NCBI GenBank assembly: GCA_004764695.1
Contig: SMSO01000037.1
Coordinates: forward strand, 2,890,747-2,954,746
Direction: 5' to 3'
Length of the DNA: 64,000 nucleotides
Source of the DNA: Schizochytrium sp. TIO01
Taxonomy: Eukaryota; Protista; Bigyra: Labyrinthulomycetes
Positions 11,772 to 20,787 of this stretch are shown in pieces. Within the stretch, counting starts at the first letter, position 1, and every line of letters starts with the position of its first letter. Below the pieces are notes generated by a model that was not told where the DNA came from, searched no databases, and was given only the letters and a program-made list of their open reading frames with translations. The position numbers and the translations under genes were made by a program.

Positions 11772-12362
11772 ATGTCCTCCTCTTCTCAGCCCTCGTCCGC
11801 CGCAGAATCCCTTGCGCTGTGCGCATGGCGCTTGGGCTTGAGCCCCTCTGAAGTGCATGAGGACTCCGCTTTTCTACGCTCTCTCCTGACAGCAACTGCT
11901 CACGACGAGGCTGCGCGTGCGTCTCTTTTACAAGCTCGAGATCGCCATGTCCAATTGCAAGAACACGTGGCAGAGATGGGCTCATTTCGAAGGACTCTGC
12001 AGAGACAACTTGAGGACCTCGAAGCCGAGACCTCTGTGCGTCTGGAGCAGGCTGCTATTGCGCAGAGCGAGACTAGGGCATTTCGCAACAAACGCAAGGA
12101 GTACGCATCGAGAAGGCGCGAAATTCTTGGTGCCCTTGAAAATGTTGACCTCGCGAGGATTGGGCACTTGCGTCTGCTACAGAAGAGGAATGATGTCGAT
12201 GCAGCAGTCGACAGACGAAATGAGCTCAAAAAGGCACTCAGACCCTATCACGACCTGCCGTGTGATGCACAGGAGGCTGAGCGGAAAGTACAGGAGGCGA
12301 GGGAAACGCTGGCGAAGCTTGATTCGGACTTTCAGAGGCTCGTGGCCGGGCTTGATTTATAA
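11772..12362 (+). CDS. HAUS1: HAUS augmin-like complex subunit 1-like coiled-coil protein
   Basis: The C-terminal LRPYHDLPCDAQEAERKVQEARETLAKLD resembles the conserved HAUS1 Y.DLPP...A..K.EEA..EL motif, on a coiled-coil body. Shorter than typical orthologues. Confidence 0.6.
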   Translation: MSSSSQPSSAAESLALCAWRLGLSPSEVHEDSAFLRSLLTATAHDEAARASLLQARDRHVQLQEHVAEMGSFRRTLQRQLEDLEAETSVRLEQAAIAQSETRAFRNKRKEYASRRREILGALENVDLARIGHLRLLQKRNDVDAAVDRRNELKKALRPYHDLPCDAQEAERKVQEARETLAKLDSDFQRLVAGLDL

Positions 12363-13210
12363 AGCGGGACAAAGTGAAAGAGGAGTAAATTATAATGATG
12401 ATGGGGAAATAATATGCCAGAACCACCACATCAGACAGAGGTGAGATCATGATGTAATTTGATGTTATAGCACCATGGAGAGAATAGCAATATCAAGATC
12501 ATTTGATGGTGAGATTAGTCGATGCTGGTCATGATTCTGAAACTGCTAGGAAAGCCAGCCTGAACTGGCGATGTAATCTACCTGCTCGCCTACTTGATGT
12601 AAGTGCGTACCTATGCAATTAGTGGTGTTGTATCTAAATCATAATGAATAATGAGTAACGTATACTGAATCATAAATTTAAAAACTGTAACTACTTATCT
12701 AATCTTCTGTAGATAAATAGTTCCCCATTTAAAAAGTTAAAATCTAGAATTATTCCGAGTTTAAATTCAACAATTCCTCCAGATGATCAAGATCCAGATT
12801 GACATCAATGATCGTTCTTGTTCCTTTCTCAGAGAATATCTTGAAAATCCAGATTGCGTTAAACATCATATTTTCTGCTTTGACCCAATCCTCCGACTAC
12901 TTTTCTTGCGGCCCAGAGTCAGAGGTTCTGCGCAAATTAAGAATTTTTACATTCAGGTTCTATATCCTCAACTAAAACATTCCGCAGCACTAGCTAGCCT
13001 CTATCATTTCTGATATATCTCGCCTTCACTGTCAGACATCTCAAGACGTAAACAAACTTAGTCAGAGGGATATTTATACCCCTTAGTTGCTGTTATTGTT
13101 CAAGAATGACTAAGGGAGTCTTAATTTATTCACCAGCTTGGCCAATGACGTAGCCTTGCAACATGACCAATTAGGGAGACTATATTATATTATGCAGGGA
13201 TTAATCTACC

Positions 13211-13717
13211 TCACGCATGACCAATGTGCTTCGTGAGGAGCTTTGCAGAGTTTTCTGAGCACATGTCCACAATGGCTTCTGCTTGGCGCGACTGTATTTC
13301 TTCGATGTCTGCACGTGCGAGATGAGCGCTGAGAATTAGCCATGCTGTGGCCGCCATTCCAAGGTTTTGCCCAGTAAATCCTGATGTACCAATAACCTCC
13401 AATGAAGGCGGGAGTTTCCTCTCCGTGAAGGCCGTAACGAGACGGTACCTCATAATTTCAGGGTACACGTGTGCGGCATGAATTGCAGCTTTACGTTCAC
13501 TTTGCCAGAATATCCACGACGAGACACCAAAGCCTGTTACTGAGCCCACCAAGTATGGCACCACGGGACCTACAGTTGCTGGAAAGAAGTTTGCTCCCAC
13601 GTAGCCTGCCGCAATCCCAAATGTCAGGCTCAGAAGGGTGCTTTGTCCCAGGTGCTGCGCGATCAGCATCCCTCGAGCAGGCACCGTGCCAAGAAGCTCC
13701 TTTACGAAATCCATCAT
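13211..13717 (-). CDS. Small hypothetical membrane protein (two Gly-rich TM helices)
   Basis: ATG at 13717 (MMDFVKELLG). Hydrophobic Gly-rich segments LLSLTFGIAAGYVGA and VVPYLVGSVTGFGVSSWIFW. Confidence 0.7.
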   Translation of the reverse strand: MMDFVKELLGTVPARGMLIAQHLGQSTLLSLTFGIAAGYVGANFFPATVGPVVPYLVGSVTGFGVSSWIFWQSERKAAIHAAHVYPEIMRYRLVTAFTERKLPPSLEVIGTSGFTGQNLGMAATAWLILSAHLARADIEEIQSRQAEAIVDMCSENSAKLLTKHIGHA

Positions 13718-14372
13718 GATCTTCAAAGCCGCGCAAGCGCCGAGGTTACTGCAATGCAATTCATCACTCGCCTTGTTGAAGGAATACTGTCTTTCAATCA
13801 ATTAAAAAACAAAAACAAAAGGACAATTTTTATCATTCCCCATTCCTCCTTCTATGAAAAGTGACTGCCTACTACGTAGAGAGCTGGCAGCAATAGGAAA
13901 TACAATTGGTTGATACTGATATGTCAGACGTGTAGCGAACTTTGTAACATTCTTAGGACAAAGCGCTGGCGACTGCTTGGCAAACTTGCGAAAAACAAAG
14001 TCCAACAGAGTTAGTAATATAAAGACAGCGCAAGTAGGTATGTATGTACGTACCTATGTACCTACTAGCCTCCTAAACTCTTGCTTCTGATTTTAACCAA
14101 AGTAGGAAAGACACTCCTCATCATAGCCTAGTACCAGGACTTACAGAGTGTTATGTTTTCGTTTACTTCGAATGAGCCTGGGTACACATAATTGAAATCT
14201 TTGATTTCATTTTACCATTAAGGTCGGTGTCGGTACCTCAGTAAATAATCCCATTTCCTCTATATGATGATGGGATAAACATAAAAGCCAAGCCTCGACA
14301 GTCCGCTTTTCAAGCCTAAGGAAGACCTCTCGCAGAAAGGACAACTCATCATAGACTTTGACGGTGGTGACG

Positions 14373-15088
14373 ATGGCGTCTACAAGCTCCACCAGGCTTG
14401 ACAAGATCCTCAGAATCGGCGCGGCCTTTGAAGCTGCGCAACTCGTGTAAGTTTCCTCTCGTGCAAGCACAGAATGTTCTTCATCAGCAATTGAGTTCGA
14501 CCTGAAGACAAACAGACCCTGGAAGTGCATTTTAACCTTAACATCACAAGTCATGGCAATGGTATCTAGCGCTTAGTTTGGTTTCCAACTATGAATAGTT
14601 CTCTCAGATATGGAAACCGCCTTTTGCAAGCATTTAATGAAGAAACTACTCAGTACCTACGGTAATACCATGGTTCTCCCAAATGTAAATGAATACTGAC
14701 AAATATAACGGCAAGCTTTTCTATGGTGATGGATTGGGTGCGCAGACGAATGTATTTGGGTGAAAAGAACAATTTGGAGTTTCAACCCTTACTGGCGCAG
14801 TCGTTGACAAACAATGAGTCATTTCGCAGAATTTGGGCGGTCTTCACTGCGATTTTGGCCTATTCACGCTGGGCTTGCGTGGGCCCTAACGCTTCAACAC
14901 AGGTCAAGAAAATGGCTTTATTCATTCATGCGCTTGAAGTGGCATACTTTGTTCGAGAGTTTAAGGCTTCAACAAAACCAACGCCCTTTATGACAGCTTT
15001 TATCGCTGTTGTCATGATCATTCCCTCAGCACTCACTGTAGACCTGCTCGCTAGCAGTTGGATGAAGAAAGACTCTGATAAGAAATGA
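14373..15088 (+). CDS. ERG28-like small membrane protein, three exons (14373-14446, 14608-14661, 14716-15088)
   Basis: ATG at 14373. Intron 1 is GTAAGT...CTCTCAG (14447-14607). Intron 2 is GTAATA...TACTGAC...GCAAG (14662-14715). Both are phase 2 and the frame is preserved. Exon 3 RIWAVFTAILAYSRWAC...ALFIHALEVAYFVREF resembles the ERG28 core. C-terminus KKDSDKK is a di-lysine ER-type tail. Confidence 0.6.
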
Positions 15089-15318
15089 GAAGCTATCTAT
15101 TTTGCTTGGTTCTTAGCAAGAAAAAATATAAACTTCCGACCATTAATGCACATTGTCAACCCCCTAGCCACGTCTGAACTCTACAAAAAGACGAAAATCA
15201 AACCAAATACTGGATCAAAAGTTTAATGTACATTGTTGTTTTAAAAGTCAAATTTTATAATTTGCAAATAGTGCTTTAGATTTAAAGTACAGCATTTGCA
15301 AATCTCAAATTAGTCAAA

Positions 15319-18300
15319 TTAAGATGGCTTGCAATTCCTGCAACGCCGCTGTCGAGGCTCGAAGGGTAGACCACAATCAGGACAAACCCGGACATTAGCT
15401 GCATTTTTCTTCCAGCCCTTGGGTCCTGAACTTCGTGACCGCTTTGAAGAGCCACCGCTCTTCCCTCGAGATCGTTTCTGCCCGCGGCCGCGACTGCCAC
15501 TGCCGCTACCGCTTCCGTCTCCCCAACCTTGTTGTGGGCAATTATTTGCAAAATGGCCTATACCCCCGCACTTGTAACAGCTTTGCGTAGAAGTGCTGTT
15601 ATCACTTCCACCCCCATGACCACCACCACTAAAACTATGATTGCTGCTGCTTCTTTCAGGGCAATTACTTGAAAAGTGACCAGGCTTATTGCAACTGAAA
15701 CACACGTTACCAGAGCCACTTGCTGATGAGGATGACGAGAATCCGCCCCCTCCACCACCCGACGAATTATTAAATCCACGAGAAGATGAATTTTGAGGGC
15801 AGTTGTTTGCGAAATGACCGGGCTGGTTACAGATATAACAGATACCTCCAGATGATGTTGCTGATGCCGAGCCTAATGCTGCAGTTGAGTTTGAGGAGGA
15901 CCCATAAGTGTTGTTGTTTTGGTTCTGCGGGCAATTACTCGCGAAATGGCCTGGTTGATTGCATTTGTAGCAAGTTCCTGACGTTCCTCCGAGAGATGAG
16001 GAGGCAACGGGCTGCCCGGGCGTGTATTCGTCAGCCCAAGCCTGGAATCCACAACCACCAGGTCGAGCACATACAAAAAACTCCCGGCCCTTGTTTCCAT
16101 TATCACGAGAAACTGTGCGCTTTGCGCATGGCTCTTGGTGTGCTTTGCATAAAGGTACAGATGAATCAGCTGTACTGCTAGCCATATTATTTCCTCGGCT
16201 GCTACCTTGGTGAAGCCCAGCATTTAAACTTGACGGTTGGGAAGAACCTCCGGGGCGGCCAGTTTGAGCTTCATCAGCCCATTGGAAAAAGTTACAGGCC
16301 TGATCCTTATCCAAAGAACATTTAAAGAACTTGCGACCAGTATTTGGACCTTCTTTACGAACAGTGAGCTCGACAGTTGGTACATTATGCTCGCAAAGTG
16401 GTCTCTCAGAGCCAAATGAACTACTTTGAGATGTTTGTTGCATAGAACCAACTGGTGGACCAGACAAGTCAACCTCCATGCCACTTAAAGGAGGGTCTGC
16501 TTGTACACGTCGTGTATTGTTCGCAGGTATTGCGACTTTTGGATTAGAAAATTGAGTTTTGTGTGGAGGTGGGCTTACCGATGAATTTCTAACAGACATG
16601 CTGCCGCCGCCATTATCTCCATAGCCATCCATCAAAACATCATGATCAGTACTCCGATCTTTGCAATTCGCAGACGGGCAAATGTAGACAGGGTTTTCAA
16701 CGCCCGGAGGAAGGGCGCGAGGTTTAAACTCAGCGCGAATCTTGCAAATACCACAGCTAGGGCATTTGCTACGCCCTTTCCGAGGGACACTTGCCCGAAC
16801 AATTGTACGTGGAAGATTCACACGGCCCTTGCAGCCTTTGTTTTTGCATCGAAGCAGGAATACGGTGGGCTTACCATCCATTCCAGGATATTTAACAAGG
16901 TGTAAAGGCGCATCCCTGCAAATAGGGCATGGCATAACATTGACCTCTCCGCCATCAACCCCTCCAGAAAGCTCACATCGGTCCTCCCGGCAATCACGGC
17001 ATGTCATTTTAGGACGGATAAGCACGTCTTCAATATCCGTAGACTTGGGGGGACATTGGTAACAACGCGGACAAACATTGAAACTCCACTCTCCTGGTTT
17101 AGCGCTTACAACTTGTGACTTGCATAGATAACATGAATGTTCTAGTGGGGTGATTTGCCCACGTGGCAGCTCAAACACCTCCGTACATGATGAACATATG
17201 AGAGCACTCAAAATCATTTTTGTTTTCCCTCCTCGTGGTCCAGGTTTACCATCAACAGACTGTGTGTAAAGATCCATACTTTGATGACCACATTTGCCAC
17301 ATCGGGAGAATCCTCGCTTCTTCAGGTTGTATTGTTGCTGAATGCTTTCAAGCTTCCGCGCATTGCTTCGTCCAAGATGGCGCTGCAAACTCCCTTCACC
17401 AGCACCCCCGGGGCCGCCACCTCCAGGAGGCTGATTGTTATTGTTATTATTATTATTGCCTTCATTTTCATCATCTCCATCTTGTCTCTCAAGGTTTGCA
17501 GCAAAATTATCATATCCTTCAAGATACTCGGCCACAGCTTGATGTAACAAGTTAATGCGCGCCAAAGTTGCTTGAAAAACAGCCCTGAAACGCGCAATAA
17601 GCCCCTGAATAACAACATCCTTTGTCAAACGACCTTGGCAAATCTCTTTCAGCTGATGTTCCATTTGAGCGCGTAGTGCAGGTCCAGAAATTTCTTTCTC
17701 ATGCCCAATACGCTTGTAAGCCTGAACAAGGGCATAACCAAGAGGCTCTGGGCGAAATCTTTTCACAGAATTACCAACCTTGGTGGCATATTCCCGATCT
17801 TGAACAGTCTTAATGTGGTCTTGGATCGTTGCATCAGTTCCAATTCCATGTTTGTCCATTAATCGAATCAGATCAGGCTCAGATAAAAGTTCAGGGGGAC
17901 TTGTACGCCCTTTGTACATTTCGAGCACACTAGGTACAAAGGTTTGCCCCTCTTCGAATCTTGGCAAAGTTCGTTGAGTCCATCGCTCGTAAATATACAC
18001 CTCCAGATAGTTGAATTCAAGCACCTCCAAGCCTGTTGTGATGAAAGTCTCCCCCCCCATGCTTACGACCACAGTACTTTTGCTACCACGCGCATCATGA
18101 CTACAGCACGCCAGAAAGTGGCGAACGACAAACTCATAGACGATTCGCTCTGGACCTTGCAGCTCCTCAAGAGGAACACAAGCAGTTGGGTGGATTGGTG
18201 GATGTGCTTGATCATTGTTACGTCCTTGACGAGGCATTTGGAATCCCCCCTGGTCTAGCAGTCCTGCGGCATAGTTTCCCCACTCATTGTGATTACGTTG

Positions 18301-19365
18301 AATATTGACCAACTCTTGAAGGTTGAAGCTTGGGTCGAAGCTATCTGTCTCTGTACGCGGATAACTAATTAGACCCCGTTGGTACAAAGCTTCTGCAACG
18401 TGCATAGTGGTCTCTGAGGCTAACCCACGCGATCGTGACAATCGAATTTGCATTTCTACCGTGGACAAAGGAACAGGCCTCCACTTTGACGTTGGGCGTT
18501 GCTGAACACGTTCAACTTGTGCTTCGCCAGCCTCAACGCATAGCTCGTAGAGAACCAGGGCGGTCAAGTGATCATATAGTTGGCCGCGGCTCCAAAAAAA
18601 ATCACAGGCTGCTTCGGCACTAGCTTGATAGGCCATCTTAATCGTCCAAAAGTCTTCTGGTATAAATAAGCGAATTTCTTCAGCTCGCTCCACAATAAAA
18701 CCCAAAGTGGGAAACTGACACGGCCCAAAGCTGATGAGACGTTGCTGTAAACCCATATTGTCGCGCAGGTCAAGAGTTTGAAATCGTGTAAATGCAGATC
18801 CAATTCGAAGGTCAATCTCAGTTCGTGTCTCTACTGCATCAACTTCGCGTTGGTTCAGTTCACGAAGGTTACGTAGCGCTTGCCAAAGATTTGCCTCATT
18901 CGCTACAGAAAATTGCGCACGTTTTACAATAATGTTGGGCGCCCTTTCTCGACATGTCTGCGCAATCTCTGCGCCAATAGCTTCGCCCTCTCGGTCACAA
19001 TCTGTCCAGATAATAAGTACCTTTGCGGTCCTAGCTTCACGCTGCAAAGTTCGGGCAATGTTCTGGCCTTGTGAACCAACTTTGCGTACAACTGGTGCCT
19101 CAAAAAGAACACTTGGAGCGCAGCTACTCCAACTTCGGAATTGGTCTTGAAAATCAAGTTCCATAAGGTGTCCAGAAACCGATGTGACAACCATATTAAA
19201 TTCCTGTTCTTGAAACGCTCCTGGAATAGCAAAGCGGCATTTGAACTCAAAGCACCGATTATATTTCGAGTACCCATCGCGAGATCCAAAGTTATTCTTT
19301 GAAAGAACTTCAGCCACACGTTTCGCAATAGAGGGTTTCTCTGCCACATTCAGGATGGCCACCAT
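15319..19365 (-). CDS. TOP3A: DNA topoisomerase III alpha (type IA) with C4 zinc ribbons, two GRF fingers and four CCHC knuckles
   Basis: TOPRIM motifs LNVAEKPSIAK and IWTDCDREGE. Also SFGPCQFPTLGF, catalytic GLISYPRTET, DQAHPPIHP and GIGTDAT. GRF motifs NTGRKFFKC and NKGREFFVC. Four CX2CX4HX4C. First ATG at 19365. Confidence 0.96.
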   Translation of the reverse strand: MVAILNVAEKPSIAKRVAEVLSKNNFGSRDGYSKYNRCFEFKCRFAIPGAFQEQEFNMVVTSVSGHLMELDFQDQFRSWSSCAPSVLFEAPVVRKVGSQGQNIARTLQREARTAKVLIIWTDCDREGEAIGAEIAQTCRERAPNIIVKRAQFSVANEANLWQALRNLRELNQREVDAVETRTEIDLRIGSAFTRFQTLDLRDNMGLQQRLISFGPCQFPTLGFIVERAEEIRLFIPEDFWTIKMAYQASAEAACDFFWSRGQLYDHLTALVLYELCVEAGEAQVERVQQRPTSKWRPVPLSTVEMQIRLSRSRGLASETTMHVAEALYQRGLISYPRTETDSFDPSFNLQELVNIQRNHNEWGNYAAGLLDQGGFQMPRQGRNNDQAHPPIHPTACVPLEELQGPERIVYEFVVRHFLACCSHDARGSKSTVVVSMGGETFITTGLEVLEFNYLEVYIYERWTQRTLPRFEEGQTFVPSVLEMYKGRTSPPELLSEPDLIRLMDKHGIGTDATIQDHIKTVQDREYATKVGNSVKRFRPEPLGYALVQAYKRIGHEKEISGPALRAQMEHQLKEICQGRLTKDVVIQGLIARFRAVFQATLARINLLHQAVAEYLEGYDNFAANLERQDGDDENEGNNNNNNNNQPPGGGGPGGAGEGSLQRHLGRSNARKLESIQQQYNLKKRGFSRCGKCGHQSMDLYTQSVDGKPGPRGGKTKMILSALICSSCTEVFELPRGQITPLEHSCYLCKSQVVSAKPGEWSFNVCPRCYQCPPKSTDIEDVLIRPKMTCRDCREDRCELSGGVDGGEVNVMPCPICRDAPLHLVKYPGMDGKPTVFLLRCKNKGCKGRVNLPRTIVRASVPRKGRSKCPSCGICKIRAEFKPRALPPGVENPVYICPSANCKDRSTDHDVLMDGYGDNGGGSMSVRNSSVSPPPHKTQFSNPKVAIPANNTRRVQADPPLSGMEVDLSGPPVGSMQQTSQSSSFGSERPLCEHNVPTVELTVRKEGPNTGRKFFKCSLDKDQACNFFQWADEAQTGRPGGSSQPSSLNAGLHQGSSRGNNMASSTADSSVPLCKAHQEPCAKRTVSRDNGNKGREFFVCARPGGCGFQAWADEYTPGQPVASSSLGGTSGTCYKCNQPGHFASNCPQNQNNNTYGSSSNSTAALGSASATSSGGICYICNQPGHFANNCPQNSSSRGFNNSSGGGGGGFSSSSSASGSGNVCFSCNKPGHFSSNCPERSSSNHSFSGGGHGGGSDNSTSTQSCYKCGGIGHFANNCPQQGWGDGSGSGSGSRGRGQKRSRGKSGGSSKRSRSSGPKGWKKNAANVRVCPDCGLPFEPRQRRCRNCKPS

Positions 19366-20787
19366 CTGCAGACAATATTCTAGAGCCTGCACGATGGCGT
19401 ATAATACTCCAGGAAGTCCACCAAGTTTTAGGTAGGCAGAGCCAGACGGTCTTCGTACGTTACGTCCTCCAAGAAAAGATTCCCTAGGCAGTAAATGTGC
19501 GTCTTTGCGTCCCTGAGTGAGTTTGAGCAAAGCGTTCTCAAGAGCCTGTAACTAAAAATGAGAACCAATTTTTTAAAACACCCGCTTGCCTCAACTTAGC
19601 CTCCAGCAACACCTTATCGCCGCAAGAGTTTCCCTTACGCTTCTCTACAGAGGCACCTGGAGATATATGCGAAGATGCGTGCGTGCTTACGGAGGCTGTC
19701 TTTTGTAGCTGGTCGACGTTCTTCAAAGAAAGATGAGCACAATCCGGGCTTAACTAGCTCTTCTGCTCCCAACGATCGCGAACTGCTTTCCGAGTCCGAG
19801 CTTCAAAGCAGCAGCTGCCTCTGCCACCACCTTGGCTTGTGGCAGCTCTTGCACGGGTGCTCCCCTAGCAGCCCAGAGCTTTCGCTGTGCCGGTGGGTTT
19901 GCGTTCTGCTGTTGTTTGTGATCGCTCTCATTTGCTCGGTAGTTGAACAAACGAAGAGTTTAGTCTCATTTTGACTTAGCAGTATTAGTATTGTTAATGA
20001 TAGGAAGCGGCTAGTACATTTTGGGGCTCACGGCATGTGATGATAGAGCACCAGGAGTTTTACAAACTGTTGCCTGGGATTGATTGGGTTGTTTTTCCTG
20101 CTGGTGCATCAATATGTGCATTGGTTTGGTGGAGTGTCTATTTAGATTGCAGATTGCTGAAGTTGATCATGATGTAAAGTTGCTTCGCTTTCACGAGTGT
20201 AGCGGTGTGGGGTTTGTCAGGGAACCTAGGGATGATCAACGTAGCACTAAGACCACCCTTTGGAAAAAAGGGGTTTAAACAAAATGGAAGTGCAGGAATT
20301 CAAGTCAAGCTCTTGGGGCGAAAGGCGTTAGCACTGATGGACTTAGGAGATGACATAATATGGGAATCAGCGACGAAGCTCGACAGTTTACAACGAGCTC
20401 AACGAGGAAGCGAGAGAGCTTATACGTGTACATAGCAGCATTCATCAAGTTAAACGTATATGTCACCTGATAGATGTACTGCTTGTTAGGAGGCAATAAT
20501 GAGGGCATTCCAGGTTTTGGCATGTCAACAAAGACATGCCAGAGCCTCTGGCAAGTTGATAAGGATATAAAGGGAGCTACATAATGTCGATGTAAATGAA
20601 GTTGCTCAAAGAATCTATTGTTGATGCAAAAGCTGGTGCGAAACACACAAAAACAAATGAGTAGGTTATGAACAAGGAATCTAATACAAAGGAGCCCTCG
20701 GAGGAGCAAAGATGGAATCTTGCCCTTGCAGACAAGCAAACATGTGAATAAGTTTTTTTTTTTTTTGTAACTTGCGAGTCAATTGGT

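Noticed and set aside
14207-14554. 115-aa minus-strand ORF
   Set aside because: Antisense to exon 1 and intron 1 of the better-supported spliced plus-strand gene.
15538-15972. CCHC knuckles as a retrotransposon gag
   Set aside because: They are in frame with TOP3A, and no protease, RT, integrase or LTRs are nearby.
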